Positions 1 through 12,594 of a stretch of DNA of 64,000 nt are shown piece after piece; the first letter of the stretch is position 1; each line of letters starts with the position of its first letter. Position numbers and translations under genes: made by a program. Below the pieces are notes generated by a model, which was not told the DNA's origin, ran no database searches, and saw only the letters and a program-made list of their open reading frames with translations. The stretch spans positions 38,006,001 to 38,070,000 of the forward strand of contig OX597820.1 of NCBI GenBank assembly GCA_951406725.2. Reading direction: 5' to 3'. Origin of the DNA: Octopus vulgaris (lineage: Eukaryota).

Positions 1-331
1 TGTATGTAATGTAAGCTTGAAATACGAATATGGATTAAGTTAGACAAGGATACAGTTAGCTGCAAACTCAAGCATTCGATGTACGATTTAAATTGCTAGG
101 GTAGATCCATTTCATTTCTCTTCATGTCATGATTGTAAAAGCCATTATACTCACAACATCCCTTTTCTCCTTCATCCGGAAATATATCTTCGAACACATT
201 CAAGAAAACCGATACTCATCGAGCAAAGAAAGTGCCTATACCAACATTTTTCCGTGGTATGAAACGTTGGGACATACCAATAGATGGGTATTACACCATT
301 TTGCATTTAGTCATAGAAAGCGATTTAGTTT

Positions 332-422
332 GCATCTGGCCTCGTTTCAGGTACGCGGTACTGAGAAGTCTCAAAGATGACGAAACATGAATGTCTATCG
401 CTCCTATAACGAGACCTGATGC
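332..422 (+). ncRNA. Type I hammerhead ribozyme fold (G8>A core variant) with long extended stem I
   Basis: Stem I gcggta(355-360)/tatcgc(396-401); core ctgagaa 361-367; stem II gtc/gac; gaaa 382-385; stem III acat/atgt; GUC triplet 393-395. Outer pairing of gcatc..ctcgtt..agg with cct..aacgag..gatgc extends it to 332-422. Confidence 0.75.
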
Positions 423-1362
423 TAGTTATCTTGCTTGTCTATGACAGTGTATGCATATATGCATGTGTTGTTTGTGTGTGCGTATAAATAAGTATATGTG
501 ACTAGGTACACAAACACTAACACATAAGGAACAAATATATAGAAGAATCGTATCAAGAATGACCAGGCTCAATGGATTTTTTTCTTCAAAAGAATATCAA
601 ATCGGATCATGAAACTAACTCAATAAAGACTTACCGAGGTGAATAAAATAAAGTTGGTAATCAGATGCAAATCCATAATCTATGGTGGCAGTAGTGGTGT
701 TACTAGTAATAGAAGTAGCAGCAGCAGTAGTAGTACTGGTAATAGTAGTAGTAGTGGTGGTGGTGGTGGTGGTAGAGAAGGAGATTATATGTGGAGTTTG
801 TTTTCCTCGAAGGCATTTTTGGCGTGAATGATTCGATCAATTACTGTGCAGTGAGAATAATTCAATAATATTAAATGTTCTTCTGTACAACCATGTTTCA
901 TATTTCAAGTGAAATATTGGAATAGTGAAATGAAATATATTTCTGAAAGATAACTTATAATCACAATTCCCTCGACTAAAAAAAAAATCATAAAAAATGT
1001 TATACTTCATGCCTACTTCAAGAAGACAACAGGATGTCAAAGTATTCTCGCCAAATATAATGACAGCATTTTAGTAAGATACATATGGAATCGGATATGT
1101 TATTTCAAGTGAAATTATTTCACGTGAATAACCATAATCAGCTACAAATTGTACTCTCTGGTATCATATACATATAGATACATGCATACCTGCATATATA
1201 TATATACATACATACATAATACATACTTATACACACACACCCTCTCTCTCTCACACATACACACATATACATATAGATGGGTATATGCATATATATATAT
1301 ATTTATATATGGTACACATACATCCGTACATATGTGTTTGTGTATGCAGGTATATGCTTTAT

Positions 1363-1447
<85 letters not shown>

Positions 1448-2391
1448 TGTGTGTGTGTGCGTATACGTAATATGTAGGTACATAATGTATATATATATAT
1501 ACATAACATGTATAATATACACACATAGATGCATAGAATCATACATTTATATATGCACACTCTCACGTACACATATACATACATATATACACAAGTAAAA
1601 GGAAAAGAAATGTCACGTATCGTATTTAGCAATTGAACCAACACGTAGTGAAATATCAGTTTTTGTCTAACTACTGAACGAATATAATTTTAAAATGTCT
1701 ACAAAATATCTCAGAATTTTTGTTGTAGTTAGATAGACATAAATTTGACTCTTGTGAAATTTAAGTTCTGAAATTCGAGTTCGAAATAAAAGAATGTAAA
1801 GTATATACTAATTCTAGTAAATCGTCACTGTTACACTAAACATATACATATACAAACCAATACATATATATAAACGGCATATATTGTGAAGCAATCACCA
1901 CATTTCGGTCCCTAAAATGTTCTTTACGCAGTTGTGAAACTAATTTGAAAGTGTTTAATTTAAATACATTGGGCAATCATTCCTTAATTCATAAAACGTA
2001 GCAGATAGATTTAAAAGCCGGGCCACAATCTCGTTGCTGACATCAGGATAATATGTACATGTTCTTGTCGTTGGAATGTAGATAACAAAATCAAATTCAA
2101 ATTTTAAACCTTAGAAAATCTTGTGTATTTTACTGTTCCACTTACGGATTGTATTTATGATGTGCGAGTTAGCTGGCTGGTTTCTTTTTCCGGAAATCCC
2201 TGCTTATCCAGATTGTGATTTAGGCTTTTGCTTACAAATCTGTGCACATCAATTAATATTGGTATAAATGTGAATTTATAATCTGGATATAGAAGCTCGA
2301 TGTTCCAGAGCAGTCGCCTGTAGTTATGTTTTTCTTCGAATTTTGAAGAGATGTTCATATAAGCAAGGCAGCTGATGATACATACTTTTCT

Positions 2392-5070
2392 TGTTGTTAT
2401 ATAGTGAAACTATACCTTTTCCGGTAAAAAGAAATGGTAGGTGTCAGTCATTATAGATAGACCAATAGCCGGTCGTCAAGACAGGATCGAAAGTTGAAGA
2501 GTTGAGAGTCGATAGTTGTAGTCGTTGTCGTGTGAATCTATCAGTGATAGTTAGACAGAAGAAGTTAGTGTATTACTATTCTTGTACGAAGAAATACAAC
2601 AGTATCTCATGACTGGTAATTATTGTGACTGCTAGCGTAAAGCAGCAACCAAAGTACAACGGTAGTCACACATCACACCAGTGCCATCACACCATTTTAC
2701 AACGGTGGCGACGAGGTAAAACAAATTTACACGGAGTGAAAGAAACTAATTTCACACGGAGAGTTTAAACTAATTCACCTGGAAAATTAAATAATTCGAC
2801 AAAAGAAAACCAAAAATCTCGTGCAAACTTACAAAAATCGTAAAATACGGAAGACTTGTTAGTTGGGGGTAGTTAAGTTGCAAAAATAGCAACAACTCAA
2901 GGAACAAGAACAACAACAAGGATTGCAGCAGTAAATGTTACACCTAATGAAGTTGATAACCAAACAGGAGAATACATTTTCGCCTGACCATGAAGCAAAT
3001 TCCATAAGCAAATTCAAGTATGACCCCGAAGAAGAAATAACTTTGGAGGCTTAGTTTCAAAGACTTGAACAAATTTTAGTAAAAGAATGTCAGGATTGGA
3101 CAGACGAAATGAAAACGCTTCTAGTTTTAAGAAAACTAGCGGCAGCAGAGCATGAGAAGGCATAGTAACTTCATATTGCCAAAATAAGCGTCCGACATAA
3201 ATTTCACCGGCACAGTTGACATTTTGTGCTAAACGTCTAGTGAAAAGAGCTCACAGTTTAATACTAGATGGAAATGTTTAAACTTAAAAAAGAACAAAGA
3301 TGAAGACTTCACTACTAACACAAGCAGAGTCAACAAAGAATGTGAAAGATTTAGACTGGATATGCTTACTCCAGATTCTTTCAAGTGTTTGATTTTTGCA
3401 CAAAGATTTACAGATAAAAGTGATGCAGAAATCCGAACGAAAATTCAAGCAAAAATGGAAATGAAGCAGGATTTGACATTGTGGAAACTGTCGGAAGAGT
3501 GTGACATGATATTAAAATTAGGCACGACACGAAAGAAATTCAAGGAAAATGTGTTTTCACATAAGACCAGTGCTAAAATCGGAAGAAAAGTAGTAACTAC
3601 AACAAACAGAAAATTCGTAAATGTGAAAATTAAAAATACTAGTGTCAGAATGCAATTAGACACAGGAAGTGATATCACAATCATAAATGAAAAATGTTGG
3701 AGCATGCCGATGGTTTGTCTAGGTTAATTCCGAGAAATAACGAACCACTGGAGGACACTGTAATAGCAGCGCTAAAAGCGGAAGCGGAAACAAAAACAGT
3801 GATGTGGAACACCATGCGTGAACTACCAGTAACTTTGAAAGAAATAAAAGGAAATGCGAGAAATAACAAATTTATTAATGGGACAAAAAGAAAAGAGTGG
3901 TCGACAAAAGGAAATGAAGAAAGGTCTGATGTAAAGAACCACCAAAATGTGAGCGTGTACTCTATATGTGATGATGTACTAATGTACGCTCAGAAGATGG
4001 TCGTATCACAGACATTACGGAAGAGAATGCTAAAAGAGTTCTATGTGGGGCACCCAGGAATCACTAGAATAAAAGCGCTGATGTGAAGTTTCGTATGCTG
4101 GCCAAGCAAGGACAAGGAAATTGAAAACCTTGTAAAAGACTGCAGAAGATGTGCGCTGGCAGCGAGACTACCTACTACAACATGTGAACCTTGGCCGGAA
4201 GTGAAAATACCATGGTCCCAATTGCATATCGATTTTGCAGACCCGGTAAATAGATATTATTACTTAACAGTAGTGGATAGCTACACAAACTGGCCTGAGA
4301 TCGCAAGATTTAAACGACCAACCTCATAAACGGTAATAAGCTTCTTACGCGAGCTGTTCGCAAGATTTGGTGTTCCGGATATAATTGTCTCTGATGACGG
4401 AACACAGTTTGTATCTTGTGAGTTTAAAAGATTCACTTTAAAATGTTCACTTTAGAACATAAATCTATAGCACCATATCACCCTAGATCGAATGGAAGGC
4501 CGAACGGCTCGTGAACACCTTTAAAAGAGCTTTAATGAAAGCTAATAAGGAAACCACGGATGAGGTCACGATCCAACAATTCTTAAGGGTATACAGGGTT
4601 ACTCCGAACCCAAATGCTTCAGAAGGATTTTCGCCAGCAGAATTAATATTTGCCTGAATGGTGAAGTCAGTATTCAATAAATTGTTACCAGTGAAGAAAA
4701 AGATTGTGCTAGTAAAGTCATGTCAAAATTCTTTAGAATCGGCGATAAATTATATGTAAGAATGTACAAAAATGGCAACCAATACTGGGAAGGAGAAATT
4801 GTAACATACATAGGAAGAATAATGTATGGTGTAAGAAGTAGAAATGGAATGGATAGAAAACATAGAAATAAATTTAAGGATAGAGTCATAGAAAATAAAA
4901 AACAAGAGTAGAAATACCGATGGATTAGTTATATGAAACTCTTTAGGTTCCAGAACCGTTCCAAAAAGTCAAAACTACACGTACAAAGAAAAGGAAGAAC
5001 ACTAAATTCTTATAAGTAGACCCTAAGAAGAAATGATATTGAGTATATAAAAAAAGGAGAAGGTGGGGTG
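2392..5070 (+). mobile_element. Decayed Ty3/Gypsy LTR retrotransposon (Mag-like), RT deleted, 3' LTR missing
   Basis: LTR-like segment ~2392-2703 followed by PBS-like tggcgacgag (2706). Gag-like region, protease LDTGSDITII (~3656), then directly RNase H end HADGLSRL. Integrase motifs follow: GHPG..C..C, LHIDFA, FARFGVPDIIVSD, HPRSNG..AER. Purine tract at ~5049-5068. Many stops and frameshifts. Confidence 0.9.
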
Positions 5071-5074
5071 AATA

Positions 5075-5178
5075 GGTCGGTTCATGCCCTAGTAGAGTAC
5101 TGTTCCCGAAGGTACCGTGCCGTGGGACTGAACTCGAAACCATTTAGTTGGGAAGTAAGTTACTTGCCACACAGCCCC
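5075..5178 (-). mobile_element. SINE family B head fragment
   Basis: Matches the family B head (gtgggactgaac..gaaccat..cttgccacacagcc). Confidence 0.7.
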
Positions 5179-5834
5179 ATGAGGAAGGAGAAATATTTCT
5201 TCTCTTAGACGGTCAGTATTTTAATGTATTTTGTACACACAATTATCTAAATCATCAATATCTAAAAGAAGCCGTATTGTGGCTTAGCTATGTATACGTA
5301 TTTATATTGCATTTCGTTTATCTTTTAACCTACTTCAAGTTTTGCTAATTTAAAGCTTGCACAGGATCTGGCATATTCATTGCACAGAGGAGGACTATGT
5401 AAATAATATTGAAATAACGTGCTACAAAAAGAAAATGTCAAAGAATTAGAGAAAAAGGAAAGTATTTTGCGTAATATTAACTGATAAACCATTCAGACTT
5501 TCTAGCTTCAGTAATCCTTGTGATGCCAGAGTGGAAACTAAAGCAATCAATCAAATAAATGAATAAATGTTCCCATGATAACAGTGGCACTTAATCTTTC
5601 GGCGGGTGGATTTATTAGATAAGAGAGATGATGGAATGGGTGTACAAAACTAAGAGTTTAGAATACATGCGATATTGATGAAGCAGGGTAGATCTCGTGT
5701 GTGGTGGAGAGATGGTGGATCTCATGTGTTGCTGCTGAGTTTAGTATATTTCAGAATATTTCTTTCATATCAGTTACGCTGTACACGCTGCTTGTCTAAG
5801 AGAGTCGTTGCATTATGCTAAATGAGATGCTATC

Positions 5835-5990
5835 GAGAAGTTAAATTGCGGAAACAGCGGCGCACAAATTCTTTGAGGCACTTAGTTTTAGCACTTTACG
5901 TTCTGATTTCAAATCCGGTCGAGATCAACTTTGCATTTTGCCCTTCCTGGGTCGTTAAAATAACATAATTAGTGAAGTACTGGTGGACTA
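5835..5990 (+). mobile_element. Diverged SINE family A fragment
   Basis: ttacgttctgatttcaaatcc..actttgcattt..ccttcctgggtcgttaaaataa resembles the 10916 copy. Confidence 0.6.
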
Positions 5991-6829
5991 ATTACTATTT
6001 TTACAAAACATTGTGGAATTCTAAAATATTCTACATGGGAACAAAATTATAATAGAAGTCTAAGCAATCTTTCAGAGAAGAGGAAATCCACTTTTACTCT
6101 TCGTGGAAAACTAACAAACACTACAATGGTATGATGTATGTGTAACGAGGATCACACTGAATTGCTGATTTGTACACCACTATAAACTTGCGTTTACTCT
6201 GCATAGACTACTTTTGTAATTACTGGTCGGTGTTTGAACTTAAAACTGTGTAGGACATGAACATGTCGTACCTTATGATAAGACAACTAATCATACCTTA
6301 TAAGGCAACCATACATTACCATAAAGTATCAACCAGTTACAATTAAGTTCATATATTATGATATATTCAAAGCAGGGTTAATTTAAAATATGATTGTCTG
6401 CTTTTACTTTTCAAAGGATTGAATTCTATTTATCATGCGGAGAAATTTACAACTCGGTGGTGTGGAATACGGATAGGCACGTGTCTTCTATACCAAAATT
6501 AAATACAGCATTGAAGATATATTACAAATATGCGACTGGTGAATATTCTTAAGCGCTACTGTATCGGTCAACCCTGACTTTCAGGTGACTGTTAATTCTG
6601 ACTTTACTTTTGTAGTAAACAGATCTGTTGCTGTCATTGACCTAGGTCAGCCTTAAGGGTGCATTTGTATGATCCAGGGTATTCTAATCTTTATCTTTCC
6701 TGCACAGTAAGGTAATTCAATATCAGAAGGAAGAACAACAGGATAAATAGATGCAAAGAGAAGGAATTACTCGGCCAATCCATGCAGCAGACTGAGAATG
6801 TTAGTAAGAAAAGAACAATGGTAGTTGAA

Positions 6830-7345
6830 TAAGAGATGGAAACCTGAAACTAGAAATAAAACGAATGTGATAAATTCAAAGATTGCTAAAAGCCAGTGAG
6901 AGGACAAAGAAAGAATCTGTGAAAAATGAGACGAAAGTATTAACCACGTCTTAAGTGAATGCAAATGAGTATAAGCGCAGATGGTCTCAATAAAAGATTG
7001 CACTGGGATCGTAGCCGAGAGTATAGACTCAAAGTGACAGAAAAGTGGGAGGAACACGAGCCAGAAGCTATAATGGAGAATGAAGATTACATTTGGCATA
7101 GCACCCAAACTGCTATCTTAATGGGATGCTTCGACTTGCAGAAAGATTTCTTCAAGATTTCTAAGGACGATTCTTGAGATTTAAGAAGACCTCTTGTCAT
7201 CAAGCCTCAATATAACACCCTTCGTAAATTAGTAGCACCCTTCGTAAATTAGTACAAAGAAAGATTAAGTAAATTAGGTATCGGAAATATTCTATATAAT
7301 AGAGAAATGCTATTATTGGAAAACCGTTATAGGGTTATTCACTTA
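6830..7345 (+). mobile_element. Fragment of a restriction-like-endonuclease LINE (R4/Dong-like), C-terminal zinc-knuckle region
   Basis: Broken frames give C.K.DESINHVLSEC and LHWD...EKWEEHEPEAIMENEDYIW, typical of the CCHC region upstream of the RLE domain. Confidence 0.65.
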
Positions 7346-7482
7346 CAATTTGAAATATAAAAGTGATCATATGAGCGACAGGAATGCCGCCAAGCAGTAC
7401 CTAGAAGTTAGACAGATTTAAAATCACAATGAACATCTATGAACCAATTTAAATGAGATAAATCCGTCTATCTGTCAGTCTT

Positions 7483-7483
<1 letters not shown>

Positions 7484-7551
<68 letters not shown>

Positions 7552-7790
7552 ATGTATGTATGTATGTATGTTTGTATGCATGTATGTATGTATGTATGCA
7601 TTATGTATCTATCTGTCTGCATTTCTATCTATCCACATACATATACATGATCACACAAATATTTATATACATATATACTCATATACTCATGCTCATATAC
7701 ATATTCACATATGCATGTATGCACACATACATACATGCATACATACATACACACATACATATATGCATACATGCATACATACATACCATC
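7484..7790. repeat. (CTGT)n/(ATGT)n/(CATA)n compound microsatellite
   Basis: Direct inspection. Confidence 0.95.
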
Positions 7791-8529
7791 TGTAGACTGA
7801 AATTCACACGCAGTTTAAATGTCTGTGTTGTATTACATGAAGATATTTCACTATTGCCCTTGCCACTTGATCCCCCAACTTTCAGTCATACTATAGCATC
7901 TCTTATCCTTCATTTGCCCTAGGACGCTGGGTGTGTCTCGGCAAATGATTGTAACAAACTTGCAGATTAAAAGTAAATAATAATGATGACAATGATGACG
8001 AACATGATGATAATAATAATAGAAAATGAAATGTTTTGTGCTATCTCATAGATTCTCTTTATGTCTTAGGCTCAAATGACAAAATCTATTTTACTTTTCG
8101 TCCTTCTAAGATCTGAAAAAATAATTAATTGTCAAGTTAATTGATTATCGATTTCTAACAATAGCCTTGTCCTCATGCGAAAATTTATTTGGTTGCTTTA
8201 GTTCTGATCAAGCAGAGTTCTGAGTAAAAGTTTTTCGGCCACGGTCACCCTTTCCATTTTGCTGGCAGTGGACTACACTATCTAATGTATCCTTTATTTT
8301 GTAAGACAGACGTAATTTAAGGGGGATTGAGGAAGATCTTGTTGCTATTTCAACCAGATCATGTAAACACATAGATGCTCTCCTTCGTTGGTTTAATTTC
8401 GTGTTGATATTAGCCTCTTATCATTTTCAATGAAAATTAAATGTTTTAGATAGTAAAGGAATGAAAGCACCCATGACCCAACAATTAGGAGACTTAGGGA
8501 GGTAGGAGAGAAGTTATCTTAAAACCGGA

Positions 8530-9300
8530 GACTGCATTCTAATGATTTCTTTTGAGGAGAAGCCACCAAAAGGCACTCAAGAGCGAAGCAGTGATATTGA
8601 ACCCGGCGACGTATCAAGCCTATCATACAAGAACGTACAAAATATTCCATTATATTGAATCCATCTACTCCTGTGCCTGTTTTTTTTGCAATACTTTGAT
8701 GTTGCTTTTGATATTCTTTTTCCAACATGTTTAGTTTTCTAAATATATATTCTCAATTTCCCATCAACTTAAATGTTAGTTGTATAGCTATTTGTCTGCG
8801 TAATACCATCAGCTTTCATGTATTTTTAGTACTCCATTGAATTTTCTGGTGAATTTAACATTTTCCTCTTACACCGTGCACCACGTTATTTCACCGAATT
8901 ATTATTTTCCCTAGGAGCTTCTTCATTATTAATATTTCTATATCGATATATTTAATATTCTATTTCAGTTGGCTCCCTAGGAATATTTTCCACATCTCTT
9001 TGTTTAGAGGCATTGTCATATTATCTTTATTATTTTTTAACCCTACATAATAGTTTAGAAGTTCAACGAGATAATTTCAATACCTTACTATTTTCCTTTA
9101 TATTACTTCGATCTCGATGCATGTTAATGATTTGCATTGTATAATTGGTTTTTGAGCTTGGTTAGATATTCTTTGTTCTCACAAATTCTTTGTCTCCAAC
9201 CTTTAAAAATATTGTGAATTCACTCGGCAGATATACTCCAAAATGCTTTATATTTTGTTTTTCTAGATATTTCTAGAACCCTTTTTATCTAAATGTTCGT
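8530..9300 (-). mobile_element. Possible highly decayed Penelope-like 3' end
   Basis: Weak GIY-YIG-region-like residues on the minus strand (FKVGDK.FV, RRQI), then a degenerate HHR-like fold (actgcttc...ttttg/caaaa gaaa...gaatgcagt) at ~8531-8593. Confidence 0.3.
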
Positions 9301-9341
9301 ACTCATTCGCTAAAATTAGTTCTGAATGTTGACTATTTATA

Positions 9342-9378
<37 letters not shown>

Positions 9379-9533
9379 AACTTTACATACATATGCATTC
9401 AAATACATATATATATATATATATATGGCATACGCATTTATATTCGTCGTTAATATTTATATGAATATATATTGTATGTGTAGATATAACTGTATGTGTT
9501 ATATACGCATACATACATACATACATACATACA

Positions 9534-9567
<34 letters not shown>

Positions 9568-9581
9568 CATACATACATACA

Positions 9582-9611
<30 letters not shown>

Positions 9612-9614
<3 letters not shown>

Positions 9615-9900
9615 CCGTTCTGTCTGTGTGTGTGTGTCTTCTAGAATCTCGGGCATCCTCCATCCGATTGCGCTCAAATTTGATATATAGATACCGACGG
9701 TATCAGGGTGTGTATAAGTCTTGAAAAAATTACAAAAATCGATTCCAGGTGAGAATGCGATCGATAAAGCTGTGGAAACGTGCATTTGTACGCGCAAGTA
9801 CATTAGCTGTTGCGATCGATACTATGCGTACGCGAGAAAAATGCACGTGCAGTTTGCACCCAAAAAGCCGCCTGGCTTGAATTAATGCCCCAGAATGGAG
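9612..9900 (+). mobile_element. Helitron-like non-autonomous 5' fragment
   Basis: Starts next to (CATA)n with a ctgtctgtgtg tract and ccgatt..aaatttg motif, like the 47459 and 54095 elements; no 3' end seen. Confidence 0.4.
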
Positions 9901-10194
9901 TATATTTAAGAGACCAAAAATGTAAGATGCAAATGAGATATTTTCTTCAAACTTTGCATGAAGGAAAGAAAGACTATTTGGTTTCTCAAGAAGTTTTTTT
10001 TTTGTCTTAACTTTCTATCTTTATTTCTTCTTTTGCTGGTGTCTCAAATTTAGGTTAAATCAGTGTTTCTCAAAGGGGAGGCCTATGAGACGGTCGGTCA
10101 AGTGGTTTTGAGAAAATTGGGTTTAAATGTTTGACTACATAGCACCGTCCATTGGACGGGGATGGGGCGTTTTTGGTATATATATATATTAGTT

Positions 10195-10500
10195 ATGATG
10201 TGTATATGTACAGATGAGATTCGGCTCTGACATTCTTCTGGAAAAAGTCAAAATTATTTGTCGGGGAATTTTAGTGGCCCCCTAAATCTATCGATAGTGA
10301 TACCTTGGATTCCTGTGTGGAGTGCGGTTGAGAAATACACCAATCGTTCTGCCTACAACACCAAGACCGAGCCGCTAGATAAAAAGAAGGAGGTGTTTGA
10401 AGGTCTTCCCAGGAACACAACGAGGAACGCATGTACCGAGTTCCTGAGCCATCTTGAGGTCGTGGTGGAAGCTAAGGGTGGATACTTTGAGCAATCTGAT
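10195..10500 (+). mobile_element. Tc1/mariner transposase C-terminal fragment
   Basis: ORF 10258-10515: VWSAVEK..N...NTK...NACTEF..HLEVVVEAKGGYFE, a typical Tc1-family C-terminus. Confidence 0.8.
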
Positions 10501-10559
10501 ATCTCTCAGCCATGACCTAGTAGATATTGTATTGAGTTTTAAAGAAACTTTTACATTAC

Positions 10560-10780
10560 CAGCCTCCTCTCTTTACGCCACCGATGTTATCCAGGGGAAA
10601 GGCATAGGCCGATACGGCTTGGCAGCAGTGACGTCGCAACTCATTTCTATAGCTGAACGAACCGGAGCTCGTGAAATTAAAGTATCTTGCTCAAGAACAC
10701 AACATTCAGCCCGGTCCGGGAATCGAACTCACTACCTCGTGATTGTGAGCCCGACGTTGTAACCACAGAGCCATATGCCT
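10560..10780 (-). mobile_element. tRNA-headed SINE (family C related)
   Basis: Minus strand reads ggcatatggctctgtggttac..gagttcgattcccggaccggg..gtgttcttgagcaagatact (A/B boxes). Confidence 0.75.
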
Positions 10781-10870
10781 TCAACACATATGTGTGTATA
10801 CGTATGTATGTATGTATGTATGTATGTATGTATGTATGTATGTATGTATGTATGTATGTATGTATGTATG

Positions 10871-10915
<45 letters not shown>

Positions 10916-10916
<1 letters not shown>

Positions 10917-11330
10917 GCGGCGAGCAGGCAGAAACGTTAGCGCGCCGGGCGAAATGCTTAGTGGTATTTTGTCTGCCATTACGTTCTGAGTTCAAATTCC
11001 GCCGAGGTCGACTTTGCTTTTCATCCTTTCGGGGTCGATAAATTAAGTACCAGTTACGCACTTGGGTTGATGTAATCGACTTAATACGTATGTCTGTCCT
11101 TGTTTGTCCCCTCTATGTTTAGCCCCTTATGGGTAATAAAGAAATAGGTATTTCGTCTGTCGTTACGTTCTGAGTTCAAATTCCACCGAGGTCGACTTTG
11201 CCTTTCATCGTTTCGGGGTCGATAAATAAAGTACCAGTTTCGCACTGGGGTCGATGTAATCGACTTAATCCGTTTGTCTGTCCTTGTTTGTCCACTCTAT
11301 GTTTAGCCCCTTGTGGGCAGTAAAGAAATA
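10916..11330 (+). mobile_element. SINE family A, internally tandem-duplicated
   Basis: tRNA-like head ggcggcgagc.ggcagaa..gagttcaaattcc; body gactttgcctttcatcctttcggggtcgataaa..gtaccag present twice (~10962-11146 and ~11147-11330). Confidence 0.9.
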
Positions 11331-12194
11331 TATATATGTGTGTGTGTGTGTGTGCTAATATGTATGTGTCTATGTATGTAAATCTGTATATGTTTAAGTG
11401 TGCATATGCATGTAAATGTATTTGTGTATTCATGTATGTTTATATACATTTCTGTACGTCTTTATATACACAGACATATTTTTGAATGTGTCTGTATTTA
11501 TTGTCACTTTATTTAATACGAACATATTTTCTCTGTTTAAATTTCATTCAGACATGTTATGTTTGTTTGTCTTTATAGCACAATATTGCCTTACACTTGG
11601 AACTGTTTATATATCTTTGTCAATTAAGGATTCCCGTCATTATTACACGGTTTTCATTTATTTTTCAACTTACTTTTCAAATATGATTGCTTTATTTTTT
11701 TCTCTATGATTCTAATTGACCTCCTCTGTCTAGATCCCTTATTCTCTCTCTCGCTTATACCTATCACCAGCCCTACTCTCTTTTTCTTTTTCTCTTTGCC
11801 ACCTATCATCTTCCCCATGTTCTCTCTCTCCCCTCTTTCCCTTTTACTCTCTGTATCTCTCTACTTTGTTTTTGTAACCTTTATTTCAACTATATCTTTT
11901 ACACTTCATTGTCAACTGATCCGCATTTATTCTTCTCTAGCTACTCTGTCATTTACTCTCCCTCCCTCCTTCTTCTGTTTCTATGATTATCTCTCTCACC
12001 GTGTGCGTATGTGTAGCGTTCTTTTTACTCATTGCCTGCCACCAAACAAAGTGTGTACATTAATCCTGTATATCTTATGTTCATTCACTGCATCGCTCTT
12101 ATGTTTCTCTCTTCCACTTTCTCTGTGAGGCATGACTGGAGAAATCAATCAGCTAACCAATCAATATATTGTAATCAGTTAATACTGTATATCT

Positions 12195-12385
12195 TTTACT
12201 TATTTCAGTCATGTTTGACTGCGGCCATGCTTGGACGCCGCCGTCGAGGGTTTCAGTCGAACAGGTCGACCCCAGGACTTTCTTTTTTAAGGCGCGGTAC
12301 TTATTCTATGGTTCTCTATTGCAGAACCGCTAATGTACGAGGACGTAGTCATACCAAAGCCAGTTGTTGAATCGTAGTGGGGTAC

Positions 12386-12434
<49 letters not shown>

Positions 12435-12594
12435 ACACACGACGGGATTCAATTTATGTCTATCAAATCCTCTTATAAGGCATTCATCAGTCAGAGGCTA
12501 TAGAAGAAGACAATTGCCCATGGGAACACGCAGTGGAAGTGAATCCGGGATCATACGGTTGAGAAGCAACCATCTTACTACGCTGCCACGCCTG
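12195..12594 (-). mobile_element. SINE family B with internal (CA)n
   Basis: Colinear with the 47025 and 52330 copies. Confidence 0.85.

Noticed and set aside
639-827. Ser/Gly-rich ORF
   Set aside because: It comes from (AGT)/(AGC)/(GGT) trinucleotide repeats, with no splice or homology support.
1142-1644. YI/HT/VC-rich ORFs here and at many other positions
   Set aside because: They are translations of (TA)n, (CA)n and (CATA)n microsatellites.
1895-2050. Minus-strand ctgatg ... gaaa spacing
   Set aside because: Core incomplete and stems weak.
7216-7254. Short tandem duplications (also 23524-23560, 28498-28530, 63910-63952)
   Set aside because: Ordinary slippage products, with no spacer structure resembling CRISPR.
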